Origin: Azolla caroliniana
Lineage: Eukaryota; Plantae; Polypodiophyta
Direction of reading: 5' to 3'
Assembly: GCA_043228905.1 (NCBI GenBank)
Contig: JBHGNT010000002.1
Location: 18,104,001 to 18,168,000 of the forward strand
Length of the DNA: 64,000 nucleotides
The notes beneath the pieces are model-generated. The model made no database searches and was not told the DNA's origin. It worked only from the letters and a program-made list of their open reading frames with translations. The first letter of the stretch is position 1. The number at the start of each line of letters is the position of its first letter. Below, one piece after another: positions 44,801-59,400 of the stretch. A program made the translations under genes and the position numbers.

Positions 44801-47380
44801 TCATTTCCATATCCCCACTTCGACACTTGCATATTCAGTCATATGTTTTCTTTCATTAATCACCCTTCCATGCTAAATAGCCTTGTCAGATATCAGGGGC
44901 ATCAATGTCTTCAAATGCAACTTGAAAAATCTATTTTTCTCTGATCATATGTGCTCCTACCTCATCTGCCAAAATGGTTACAATGTTAGGCATGATCATG
45001 ATCACAATCTTGATGACACCAACACCCCTTAAGATTAGAATTATGTCTTCATTTTTTAAGATTTTCCAATTACGCTATCTTTTAAACCATGGCCATCTGT
45101 TTTTACTCTAGTTGAGTTGTAAGATGCCCGTAGAGAGAGTAAAACTTGTGAATTACCCAATTTTTTCCATATACTCTTAATGCAAAGAAATATAGAATAT
45201 GATTTGTACACGCATGCAAAATTATTTTTGTATATTGCATGTGTGTCTCACGATTATTTGCCAGTTATATACAATCGTGTGTGACACGCGTTGATTGCTT
45301 GAATGTAGGTTGGTGTTACATGTTCCGCATGAGATTGATTTATGGAAATGGAACTATTAGTTTACACATTGAGAAATTACCAATTAAATTAGTACATGAA
45401 CTCACTACATGCTAGAAACACTCCTAAGTAGGATTTTAATTCTAAAATCCGAGCTACATATCAAGGCATTAACATTTGAACTGCTAGTTGTAACAACTCA
45501 TTGTAAGTTGGAATGATCCCCATCTATTAAGGCCAGATATCTATTAGTGTAAATATCAAGCTTGGCGGGATTAATATCTTAAAATTTCATGAACGTTGAA
45601 TAAGAAGAGGTTGTGTGTGGACTACTGGATAAGAGCAGATCAGAGGATGAGGATGAGATAGGGCAAATAGGGTGGGGTTTACCATGAAGAAAAGAGGAGG
45701 ATGGGAGGATTTAGAGATGATGTACTAATGGATGAGCCGAGTCAGCCAAGTGGGCAGAACGAAGGTGCAATTAGTTGCCTATCCACAGCATAGGGTTGAG
45801 TAAGAGAAACCAAAAGGAAGCGGAAGTGCAAACTATGGGATGAGAGTGGATTTGGAGTATAAGGATAAGAGAGGATTGGAATGAGGAATAGGAATGCAAA
45901 CTATGGGAATAGGAATAATTGGAAAAGTAACCTAATTCCGATTTGAAAATTGTCATTTTCTTATTTGGTTTCCCTAGTTCTTGCAGCAACCAACCTTCTC
46001 ATTCTCATTATGAAAATTATGGTTCAAGTTTCTCCGAATTTGGATCTCTACTCTCCTTCATGTCTCAAATTTATCATGGCGAAGGGTAGAAGTTGAATAT
46101 GGAAGGAAATAGATGAGACTGTAACCTTGTTTAATGAAAATGATAGCAATGGTGATTTTGCATTTGCGACTAACTTAAATGATGTGAGGCTGTAATCTTG
46201 TTTAGTGAAAATGATAGCAATTCTGATTTTGCAACAGCTATTTTACTTTTTCAACTAACTTAAATGGATGAGACGAACATTTTTTAGTGAAAATGATAAC
46301 AAAGGTGATTTTGCACTTAAATGGATGAGATTGTCACCTTTTTTATTGAAAATGGGAGCAAGCGTGATTTTGGATTTGCAACTAAATTAAAGGAGATTTA
46401 TAATTATGATGTTATTATGTGCGAGTCTTTATTCGATTATGAATGAATTCAACAGCTATCCACGCTAAAGCTAGAGACATTCTAGGATTTTGGGATGTTC
46501 TAATTGGATTTTTGATATTGAAAAATTACATCCATGTGACAAACTCTGTGATTTTCTTGCTAATCCAATATATTGAATATCAATATTTGGAATACGGATA
46601 TGCCATTTAATGTATCCAACCATACGCATGGGAAAGCAATGAAGTGATATAGTATGCTGTACATCATTTATGTGCTTCAATTTGCACGCAGACATGGAGA
46701 AAGCAATGGAATAGATGGATTCAATTCCTTTTCATGCAGCGGAGAGGTTTCTGACGTGTCAAGAAGTGGAATGTCAAACCTTGTTATGGAAACCCCTGCA
46801 AAACCAAGCTTTTGTTTTCTTGTCCTCAAATTCGACTGCTCTCGCACTGTGGTATAAAAGCCTATGCATTCAAAGGGATTTCTATTATATTAAAGTCCGA
46901 TTCCAATGTTCATGCTTTATATTATGCCAATCTCTCACACTATGATATAAAAGTCTACCCATTGAAAGGATTTCTATTGTATGCAAATCCAATTAATAAT
47001 GACCAAGAACATGATTCCTATGTCCAATGTTCATGATTTATATTATGCCAATCTTAGATATCAATGATATCTCTAATAACAATCTTCAGCAGGTTGAGTA
47101 CTAGCTCTTTGTGTGAAATGAATAGTATTATCTGATTGTTATGGACCACCAGCTTTGCTTGCAAGCTGTTTGCGATCTCAATTCTCAAGACCGCATGAGA
47201 GTGTCTGAGAAATAGAGCCTAAAGTACGGGTGGAACGTACCATAAATACTTCGTTTTGAGAACCTATTGGAATCTTCTAGAAATCTATTATTGAAAAGTT
47301 TGTTGTTTGGTATTTCCTTCAATTAATCCAAACTTATCCATATATATATATATATATATATATTATATTTATGTATAATA

Positions 47381-47416
<36 letters not shown>

Positions 47417-50400
47417 TATTATTGTTATATTTTATTCCCATCTCTAGCTAATAAACCATAAGGATGAGTCTACATCATGTAAAGCGAAAGTATTGAATAT
47501 CTGAGGTCATAGATGCCATCAAACTTGTCCTAGTAGTTGCTGAAGTTTATGAAAAAGCAAAGTAGCATCCTATCAATTGGTGCCACGGTTTTGCTTGGCT
47601 CTCATGACTAAACGTTACTCTAGCTTGTTATTTAGGCATTCAAACACCTGCAAATTACAGTATGTCGTCTGTACTCAATTTGAGTGTGGTCATCGACTCT
47701 TAGTACAATGGTACTCGCAATCAGTGGTGTATATCTACGTCTTTTGAATGTCATATATTTGCAAAGCACGTCATGTGCATAAAAAAGGTGACCAAATCAT
47801 ATGCTACCACCAATATTTTGAACGAAGAATATAGGCAGTTTATAATGTAGTTATCTCATAGATTTGCTGGCAATCCGTATTCAAGCAACAATGAAACATC
47901 AAATGAGCAGGAGAATGTTGTATTTGGTACCATCAATCCTGAATTAAATGCCCATGTTCCTTTCTTCTGGATACTATACATCAAAAATCAACATCATTAA
48001 CAGAATCCTTAAGTACGTACCATTCAAGAAAGATCGCAAGACCAGCTTAAGCTAATATGAGACCAAGATTTAATTCTATTGTGGATATTTATGACAAGCA
48101 GAGATTCATGACACCTCATAAAATTTTAAACGCCTTTATATTTGTTCTGTTCTATATCTTATGGAGAACATACATTCCACTACCCCTGCAAATGGAGCCA
48201 AAGTTTTATATTAAATATGCAATGCATCCAACATTGGGTCCTCGATTTTAAGTGATTACTTGACATGATATTTTGAGCATATGCAATATTTGTTGGTGTG
48301 CTCTCTCATTCGCTCTACACCGTTGCCTCTCTACTTTCTCATGTCTGTTTTCTGCATCTTTGTTTTATTGATGTCTAGCATATGCACATGCTACATGCTA
48401 TAACATATTAACGTTCTATATATTCACAAAGAGCATGATAATGTTTTTTGCCACTAAGTCTATTATGTTCATAAAGGTGACCGTGGATAATTTGAGCAAA
48501 TGCAATATTTGTTCGTGTGCTCTCTCATTCGCTCTACACCGTTGCCTCTCTACTTTCTCATGTCTGTTTTCTGCATCTTTGTTTTATTGATGTCTTGCAT
48601 ATGCACATGCTGGATGCTATAGCATATTAACGTTCTATATATTCACAAAGAGCATGATAATGTTTTTTGCCACTAAGTCTATTATGTTCATAAAGGTGAC
48701 CGTGGATAATTTGAGTCAGGAGGTAATGACATTACGAAATGAGGTGGAGAGGCTTCAACAAGAGCAAAGGTATTACATGTCTCTAGAGGCCGGCTCTTAA
48801 TGTTTTTGAGCATTACATTTTTTACCATGAACACTTCATTAAAACCATTATGATGGTCATCACTCTCATGAAATTGGTGGGCATATTTACTCCCAATGTT
48901 TTCAATGGTGTTTATGTGGGTTGTTACCTCACACTTGGAAATCTACCATCAATAACATATGTACTACATAGCTAAATATATCTTTTGAATATTTCTATTC
49001 ATAAAGCAAATATATCAACCCTTTGTTCATTTTCATTTTCATAATAATTTATTGGGATTTTTTACGTCACATTTACATGTCCTACAAATAGATATAATGT
49101 AGTACAGAAAAAGAAGTGTCTGTGTATGTATACAGAATCTGGACCGGAGATATGGAGGCACTACGAAAGCTGTCATTTGAACATCTTAACAAGTTGGAGA
49201 AGGAAGTAGAAAAAGGATTGAAAACAGTCCATCACATTAAGGTAAGATGTGTACTCAATCTAATGATTATATGTTGTTAACTTTCACAGTAAAGTTAAGT
49301 GGAGCGTTATCCAATAACGCATACATTCGTTGAAAATATGGGAAGATTGCCTAAGCAGATTCTTGGCAATGAAGCAATGAACCAAAGAGCCAAAAAGAAA
49401 GTGTTTCACGAAATGATTTTAGATGATTACAATTAGGGTTTCTCAAAGGCGAGTTATGCGCCCTTTGATCATGAATGAGAAAAACAAATATAAGGCCATG
49501 AATGTAGTTAACGGACAAATATTTAATTCCTTCTATAGTCATCCCATGTATAATAGGCATTGTCTAAATTGTTAGCCCATGTACCATGATAAATATCTAT
49601 TGCTCACACGTGCAGTTGTACGTGCTTGTTCACACCCAACGCTACATCTCAAGTGTTTTATCAATACCAATCACATCATCTGTTCAATGAGGAAACTACT
49701 TCATCATTTATATAGCAAAATCTTGAATCATTCATTCTTTGAGCACCAATAACATCTGTTATTGACTAACATATAATACAATTGTTGCACTTCCAGATTG
49801 TACTTCGTTGTTATTCTATCCCACTTAAACCTTTTTGTTGTCCTCTTTATCAACTAGGGTCCTGAAGCCTCTGTGAAAAGATCAAGATTTCTCTTTCATA
49901 AAAAGCTCTAGCTTAATCGAAATTGTTGTACTTGGATAGGTTTTCCCCATGGTCAATCTTGACACACTTGTATTGTGAGAAACTTGTGAATGTTGTGAGC
50001 GAGGGCACGGGGGTCCCATGTGCGTGCTTTTGTGATTTGATACCCCATCAAATTCTTTTCATCGAAGTTTGGGCGCTTACTCTGGTAACATTCTCAAACC
50101 CGATAATGACCTCCCTCTCTCTCTCTCATAATATAGCTCTACTAAAAATAGATTTTCCCTTTTTAAATCCACCAGTGATTTTATGATAACCTTCTTACCC
50201 TTATCTAGTTTTCATGGGTGCCTAGTTTGAGAAAAAACGCATTGAACATTTCTTTCTTTCCACATGTTCTCTTGTCGTCACTATGTAGAACTCTTTCATC
50301 CTTTTCCTATTTGTGTATAGATGGCATCAGACCCTTCAATAGAATCAAATGACTGCCTTGGCTGACTCTTTCATCATAGTTCTAGTTCCAAACTCAAAGA

Positions 50401-53400
50401 TAAAGCGAAAACTTTGCCGGTTGCTAATCTAGTGATAATTCAAGTTATTAGAAATTGCATGCCCGGTGCCGATAGATCATTGCTATCCATCGTCCGAAGA
50501 GAGGAGAGCCTCGACAACTATTCGTCCACCAGAATTAGAAGTCAAAGACCCCAGCTGCTTGCTGCTTTCGTTGAGATTCAGATAGTCTTTTAGGCTTGCT
50601 AAATGGTTCATTTGCTATTTCTACATAAATAGAAAGGAAATAAACCGTTTTCACCTTCTTTAGGGATGGTTGGCTCTTAGTGTTTGAGCTGTCGTTCATT
50701 GATATCTCAATTTGTCCTCTTTTCTTTTGCCTATAGTGCTTAGTTTGACGTGATCTATGAATAGTGATGAAGGTTGACCTCGTTTTCTTCTCCTGTTCCA
50801 ATCACCATGTCATAACATTTACTCCTACCATACCAGCACATTCTCTGGTATGTACCAAAATTGCTGGCATGGGCAATTTCGACAATTAAATTACTCTTCA
50901 TCCGTTGGCATCCCCCCCTTAATCTTTGTCTCTATCAAGATCCTCTATTTCGTGATGTGCATATTTCTGCTTGTAGAAAAACTTAATCCTTTTTCCTCAC
51001 TATCAGTACTGAAAATGTTGTCCAATTAAGCTCAGTGTATATTACCATGTATGACCCAAACCATGGCTTCAAGAACTTCCATGTCAAGTTGTGTTCGTTG
51101 TTGAAGCTATTGTCAAATCTTCATTCCAAAGTGTTCAGTACTCATGTCCTTGTCCCATGGTACAATCGCCTCTGAGATAATCATAGTTGTAGAATACTTG
51201 GGATGCAATACACATAGAGTACGTATACGAAGTATTCTATCTTTGTTTTAAATACTTAGAATACCTATTCTATATTAAGTACATAAAAGACATGTAGAAT
51301 ATGTGTAAAATATGTTAAATACGTCTTCAAATTTTAAATTTAAAAAAATTAATTAATTTCTTTAACTTTTTGGACACGTTAAATACGTAGAATACTCAAA
51401 TAACGTGAAATATTTTAAAATGGAAGTTCTAAAACGTAGAATAGATGTAGAATACTTCAGAGTATTATAAACATAAAATGCATGTTTTTAACAAGTGTGG
51501 ATATGATTGACTGTCAAGTGTCCACTACATGCTTTTATTCATCCCGGTAGATCATGTATCCAATCACTGGTACTAAGGGTGGTTTTGTCAAACCACAAGA
51601 TGCAAGGTAGTAGTCATGACCATTCACCTCTACTTCCTTCACAAGTATTAATGATAGGACCATGCCCTTGTCAAACCGTGTTGTTAGCCATGGGAGAGTT
51701 TGAGACCAAGTCATGAGAAGAGGTCCTTTGCTTTGTGAGAATCCAACTGGCCATTCTGAGGCATGATTTTAACTACACATCTGTGTTGATAGATAACATC
51801 TTGTAGCATCTTTTCCATGGCATAATGCTACTTAGAATCTTTGTGTTTTATGAGCTCATCTACGCTATGCACCTTTATGAAAGAACATCCCAAGATCATG
51901 CTGAGATTAGGAAGGTAGTCTTTCTTGATGATGATTACCTCTTTGCTGATAAGATAACTGTTGAAATGCCTGGACCAACAGCACAGTTCTGTCTCAGCAG
52001 TTCTTCCAACCAAGTTCCCCACAACTCTATTTGTTGTAGCTCCTCTACTTCTCACTAAAAAATGCTTTTTCCTCAAACCTGTTTGCACAGTGACTCCATC
52101 TTCACTCTCTTGATTAAACACCCAACGAATTGGTGTTTACCATCACAAAGATGGAAATTTCATCGACATAGTTGGCTTTCCATAGTAATGTTGGTGCTTC
52201 AAGGAATGCCCTATTCTATCTCAACATAAACCATCTGTTCTCTTCTTCCCATTTAATCTTTATCCCCTTCTTTAATAATTCATTCGCGCGTTTGGCAACA
52301 TGGGCATAGTAATGTGGGATCAAGATGTGATCAAATGCACTTGGTTGGAAGAACTGCCTCACTTCTGTTTTAGTTCACACAACTCTTTCATCGTGCACAT
52401 GAAACTTTCTTCTCGAAAGAGAGCTTCCGCCCACAAAAATGTCTTATCACTAGTCTTGAATCCGAATATTTCATTGTAGAACATCAACTATGCATCCATA
52501 GTCACCAATGTGACTAGACATCCTTCTAGTCCTCCAAGCATGGGGGTGTCAAGGATACAGTCTTTCAGCACCTTATTCATTGCAGTCATGATGTGGGATA
52601 TACAAATGGTGGCACCTTGACATCATCTTTACAAGGTTGATAGGAGTTTATAGCATGATGAATATATGTCTACTGTCCATGTTTGGTTGAAATTTCTCAT
52701 AACTCAATCGAGCAGAGTAACCTCCCCATTAAAGTTTTGGCCAATATCATCAGCACTTGGCCTGATTCAGGCATTGCAAATTGTTATTTTGTTGATGGTT
52801 TGAAGGTCTTGAGTAAAATATAGAGGTTCATACATTTTCAATACAATATATATTCTAGCAACATTTTAGAGTCCATGGAACATGCAGCACTAGGAATATC
52901 ATGATTAGCACTATAAATGTACAATTGGCACACTCTAGTTCTTGCATGGAGTCGGGGAAAGTCTTCTTATGTATTTCGAGCATTTCACTAACTTTGACTC
53001 CTCTTCGGACAATAGGAACCTAGCCCCACCAAATTACGTTTCTCTTGTGACTTGATGGTGTAGGTTTGCCTAATGCCCTTCAGGTCCGTAAGGCTTGGAT
53101 CAATCTCTTCTTTGTTGATACATCTTTTCGCTAAGGAAAAACCATTGGCTTCATCTTTTTATTCACTATCTTAGATTTTGTTTGGAATTCAACCTTGTCT
53201 ACTGTAATACTTTTATCGTATTCTTTGATGGCAATGTATATAGCAAAAGACTAAATTGGAATTACCCTTGTCTTCGGAGTGCTTGACCTAGCAACACACT
53301 CCATTTCCCCTATTGTGACATAAAACAAGACTTCCTGCATGGCCCCATTTTTTCTATCTTTTTCAGGTATTTGATATATATATATATCATATCCTTTTCT

Positions 53401-56400
53401 TCTCTCTTTTGTTAATCACATTAAACTAGCATGTGCGAGGCAAATCTTCTTATTATTGGGATGGAAAGTTTTATTGCCAATATTTATGGACTTATCGTGC
53501 CTTAAGACTGTTGTTATTCCACATCCCAACAGCCTACCTTAAAGATTCCCCATTTCTTTGGGATTGAGATTATCCCTATTTGGCTCATTGTTTTACTTGC
53601 ATGCATTGTCGAGCCATTATCCAATGGTTTCACCTCCATTTTGGTTGCCATAATATAGGGTTCTTTGAGGATAATCTACTGAAATGTTGGAACTTCGATG
53701 AATAATTGTTGGCCTTCCAAGGACCTCTTCTCTCGATATTCGCTCTACAACATGAACAACTCCTCTCTTCTAGGGTTGGAGATCTACCAGTTGATCCCTC
53801 TTTTCCATTAACCTCGAAAAAGCCAATACTTGGATAACGCAAATGATTATCAAAAGTATAGATGGAAATATTGACTCTTGTTATGACCTAATATATAACT
53901 TTTATCCACTGAAGGTCACATTGTTAAAAATTGATTGGACCTTGTTGCCATAAATAAAAAGGTAGTCACCAACTTGAGCAAGATAAAAAAGTGGTAGAGG
54001 TCATAAAAATAGGATCAACCCAAAATCTTTGGGTTCTCTCCCTTTTGTTTAATTTGTATGATTACTAACTAATTGTGTTGAAGAGCTCTTGATTAGGTAT
54101 TTAAGAGGTTGGGTATACTTTTGGTTGGGAGTTTAGAGTTTCTTTATTGTACTTCTTGTGGGTTATGATTCTGCAATCAGTGATCCTAGGGAGCAATGTT
54201 TGACATGATGTAATTGGGCACTCAACCTAGTTAGGTATCATTAATTTGTGTAACCCATGACTACTTTATTCTTCATAATCATGGAAATCTGTCACTGTTT
54301 CCTCCAATTAATATACTTAGATCTTTTTAATTCACCTAAATTTTGATTAAGCTTCCTAGATTCTCTACTTTAATCCGTAAATTGGGGTTTATTTGCCTCT
54401 TGCATAAAGGCCCAACGCAAGAGAAGTTCTCATAGAGACTGTAGTAGAGAATACATGTTTTCTTGTCGAACCTACAAAGACAATTCTAAGTTAAAGGCTA
54501 TGTGAGCATCTTGCCAACCCACCCCACTCATGAGTGCATTACTTGACATTTGCAATTGTTTTCTGGTTACTTGCTGCTCTCAAAACGCTCAACACAGGAG
54601 AAGCTCTCGTAAACGCTATTCATAGTGAACATGCATGTCCTCTCATGAAACCTACAAAGTCGTTTTATTGTGAAGGCTTGACTGAGTCTCCTTGATACCG
54701 GACCTACTTGCTTCTTGATCATCATAGGCTTCACTCCGAGCTGAGGGTTCACACTGCATCTCACGCTGCCCTTTACACCTAATAAAATTTGCATAAGCAC
54801 TAAACCACATCACACTCCGCCATAGTCCACAGAGTTGAGCCTAGGGTTCACACTACATCTCACTCCGCCCTTTACACCTAATAAAACCTGCATAAGCACA
54901 AAATCACATCACACTCCGCCTAAGTCCACAATATTGAGCCTAGGGTTCACACTGCATCTCACTTTGCCCTTTACACCTAATAAAACCGGCATAAGCATTA
55001 CAACCCCACTCCAAACACAAAATCACGCACATAAATACTAGCGCATTTATGCACGATGCACTCACATAATTATATATAAAAGCATATATACATAGAAGTG
55101 TGCACTATTTTCTGAAACAAACTTGCATATAGACATCTATCTATGCAAATACAAATTTGAATATACATTCATATTATTTGCCATTCACAATTGTGCACAT
55201 GCATAAAATTATAATTTACACATTCAGAAATAGAAGCTCCAAACATACCTTATACACATAACATTTTCTTGTTTACTTGTACACAATCCCAACGATACAT
55301 ATAGTACTTTTGATATATATTCTAATACACTCAAACAGAACCTATAAGCATATTCGTATTTTTACTCATACATAGTCAAAACTACACATGTTACTTCGTA
55401 TACATACATAAGCACATGCATACAACCACCCAAACTAGGATAAGTGTACACACATATTTGCATCTTCTGAGGCATATTGCACACTTCTGAGGCATATTGC
55501 ATCTTCTGAGGCATAAGTGTACTCGCCTAGTATACAAGCATTCATAAAAACATTAATTCAGACACTGATCTACACTTCTACATACAATTTTCATGAATAT
55601 GGCACTCTCACAAATATTGAGAGAGGAGAGGAAATTATTAGCATGATCTTGTGCGTCTTCTATGTTCCAATTCGACTAAGATTTTGAAGACATAATCCAC
55701 TGCCTTTGCTTCCTTGGTTTAGAAGGTCATTGGTCCCGATCACGCATCACACGTGACAACATTATCACATTATGACTGATTTTTTTGTGCTTTCGTAGAC
55801 GACGTATATAAACTTTCTAAATAATTCCATACTTCTTTAGAAGTTTTTAACTCCTGAATATGACCAATCATTGAATTTGAATTATATTTTGTGACAAAAC
55901 AAAAATTACCATGTTATCTTTCTCATTGCATTGCCTGAAAGCTTCATGTTGTTTATCAGTTGCTCCTCGGGTTGCCTCAAGCTTGACCCTTGATACCATT
56001 ATATTTCCCCTAAATTTATCTCTGAAACAAACTTCTTTAGTTTCACTGAATCAAGAATGTTTGTAAACATATCAACAATTTGTTCACTTGTTCTAACATG
56101 CATTAACGTTACTTCTTTTGCCATCACTTTTTGTCGAACATAATGATAATGTACTTCTATATGTTTTGTACGAGCATGAAACGTTGGATTTTTTGCTAAC
56201 TAGATCGTTGACATACTATCTGAACATAAAGTAAAATCGTTAGAACTTTAACTATAAATCTTCCAATAGCTTCTTCAACCACATCACTTCATTTCAAATC
56301 GGTAAATGCATATAGCAACAAGTTTTCCTTCTGTCACATTCACAAACAAAGGACTATCATCTGATTATTTTAACATTTTGCATCAAATATACCACCAATC

Positions 56401-59400
56401 TATGGTACCATGCTCTTGGAACTTTCTTTAACCCATATAAAGGTTTCCTAAGCTTGCAAATATAAGTTAGAAGTTTAGGATGAACATACCCTTCTGGCTA
56501 TTCCATGTATATTTCCTCCAACAGATCATCATTTAGAAAAGCATTTTTTACATCTAGTTGATACAATTTCCAACTTTTTGCTGCAGCAATTGCTGATAAT
56601 GTCCGTACTGTGGTCATTTTGGCTACACGACTAAATGTCTCCTCATAGCCTAATCCATATGTTTGTGCAAAACCTTTTGCTACCAATCTAGCTTTATATC
56701 TAACAATTGAACCATCAGAATTGTGTTTTACCTTAAATACCCACCTATATCCAATTGGCTTTTGTGTTGTACCTTTTGGTACAAGAACCCATGTCTTATT
56801 ATCCACCAGTGCTTGCATCTCCTCGTTCATTGCATCTTGCCATTTCTCACTTTTGTTTGCTTCCTCAAAACATGATGGCAGTTCTACTTTTATAACTTAT
56901 GACATATGAGCATAATGATTAACCATGAATGAATCATTAGTAAGTACTTGAATAGGATAGCTTACTATTGACGAGCATCACAACATACTTTGGCTATGTT
57001 GTTCTTCATCTTCATTCCCACTTGGCCTTTCTATACTCAACTCTATACTCTCTTGTGGTCTTTCATGTCTTTGTGGTATTTGACCTCCTTCAAACTCTTC
57101 TACTTGCAACATTTTAGACTCTATATACCAAGATGAAAGCTCATCGAATACAACATCCTTACTCGCTTTTAATTCTCTTGTGGAAGGATTATAACATTGA
57201 TATCCTTTGTGCTCAAGTGAGTATCCAATGAGCTCACGCTTTTCTGACTTAGCATCTAATTTTGTTCTCAACTCTTGAGGAACATGCACATAGCATATAC
57301 AACAAAAAAAATTCAAATGAGCCAAGTTAGGCTTCTTATTTTGTCTAAACCTCTTCTGGTGTAACACTATGTATACCTGCAGTTTGACATCTATTGATCA
57401 AATACACCATAGTATGAACAACATCAACCCAAAACAAATGAGGCATACACTTTTCATTAAGCATTGACCTTGCAACTTCGACGATGGTCCTATTCTTTCT
57501 TTCAACAATGCCATTTTGTTGAGGTGTGTATCTACATGTGTATTGTCTTTTTATTCCGCAATCATATAAAAAAATTGAAAATTCATGAGAGAAATTTTCT
57601 CCCCCTCCATCTGACCTTTATATTTTTATCTTAGCATTTGCTTCATTCTCTACTTGATTTGTAAGTATCTTAAAATAATAGAAAACATATTATGTACTTT
57701 TCACAAAAAACACCCAAAGCTTTCTTGAATAATCATCAATGAAGGTCACATAATACTTGCTTCCTCCATGTGATACTTCTTTTGACGGGCCCCAAACATT
57801 AGTATGTATTACTTGCAACACATGCGAGGTCATCAATCTTTCTTTCTTAAAGGGAAACCTAGCTTGTTTTCCAAATTGACAAGCTTCACATTTATTCTTC
57901 AAATGAGGCAAACCAAACACGAATTCATTCAACTACATACTTTGTAACTTTTGTAAATTCACATGACCAAACCTCTTATGCCAAAAATCAATTTCAACAA
58001 TCTTTTCATTTCCATGTGCAAGCATGTTCTATCATCTTTCTTAACATCCATAGTAAACATCATTCCCTTTTTTTCCCTTTAGCAATCACCTTATATCCTT
58101 TCTTAGGATCTTCTATAAAACACCCTTTATAATTAATAAATTTTAGTTGTAATCAACTCTCCACCATTTGTCCTACAGAAATCAAAATCTTTGTGATTGT
58201 GGTACATGCAACACATCAGTCAACTGACTTTTAGTACCACATATATCTTGTAATGATATTTGCCCAACAAATTCAGCACTTGGCCTAGTATCATCTCCAA
58301 TTTGTTCATAACCAAACACATTTGGGGCAGGCAATTTCTCAAACACTTCCTTATTGTATGACATATGGTTACTACATCCACTGTCTATATACCAATCATG
58401 ATCAATATTTGTATAATTATTACTCGACACATGATTCATAACAAGGAAATTTTCTGAACTGTTTTGATCTTTAGATGTAGAACCATAATTATTGTTATCT
58501 TGATTTCTATGGTAACATTGATGTGCATAGTGACCTTGTCGTCTGCACACATAGTACATGACATTACATTTCCTTGCTCCGTATCAACCTCTTTGAGTAT
58601 TTGTACTTCCACCTCTTCTTCCTCTTATCTTCTCATTACTTTGATTTTCTTGACTTTCTTCTTGAAGGTGTGGTGAGATACTCCTTCCTCTTCCATGACT
58701 CCGATTGTATCTGCCTCTTCCTCAGTTTCCTGCATTGAATACTTGAGATTGATTTGAACTAGAAGTTGAACTTTGCAAGTTCATTTGCTTTGTTACCATT
58801 AGTGCAACAAGTTGATTAAAATCAGGCATACTATCTCTAACAAATACATTACAACAAAAAGCAACTTTATCATCATTATCAATCAGATCCTTGATTTTCA
58901 AGACATAATCATTAGCAGACATTGAGGGAGTTTTTTTTATATTATTCAACTCATTCTCTGGCTGAGTTTTTTGTGCTTTCGTAGAGGATGTATATAAACT
59001 TTCTAAACAATTCCAAACTTCCTCAGAAGTTTCTAACTCTTGAATATGACCAATCATTGAATTTGAAATATTCTGTGACAAATCAATCATTACCATCTTA
59101 TCTTTCTCATTCCATTGCTTGGAAGCTTCATGGTGTTCATCAATTGCTCCTCGGGTTGGTAAGAACGGCTTCACAATTGCTCCTGACAGATATCCCCATA
59201 GATTTTTGCCTATCAAGTAGTTCTTCATACGAAACTTCCATGGCTGATAATTGTTCTTGTCTAACTTCTCAAGTATTTATCCGCTTGCTAGAAAGGTTTG
59301 CAAAATATGATCGTGATCCGATTTGGGTAAAAGCATTGGATAAAGAAATGCAATCTCTTTATGACAAGGAGATGAGTAAACTTGTCTTGTTCGATCCGTT

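Noticed and set aside
51180-51480. AT-rich segment with repeated GTAGAATA, possible MITE
   Set aside because: Could not define convincing TIRs or a TSD.
55985-56012. TGGTATCAAG as a Met PBS directly after a PPT
   Set aside because: Poor match beyond 8 nt; better explained as the normal sequence between RH stop and PPT.
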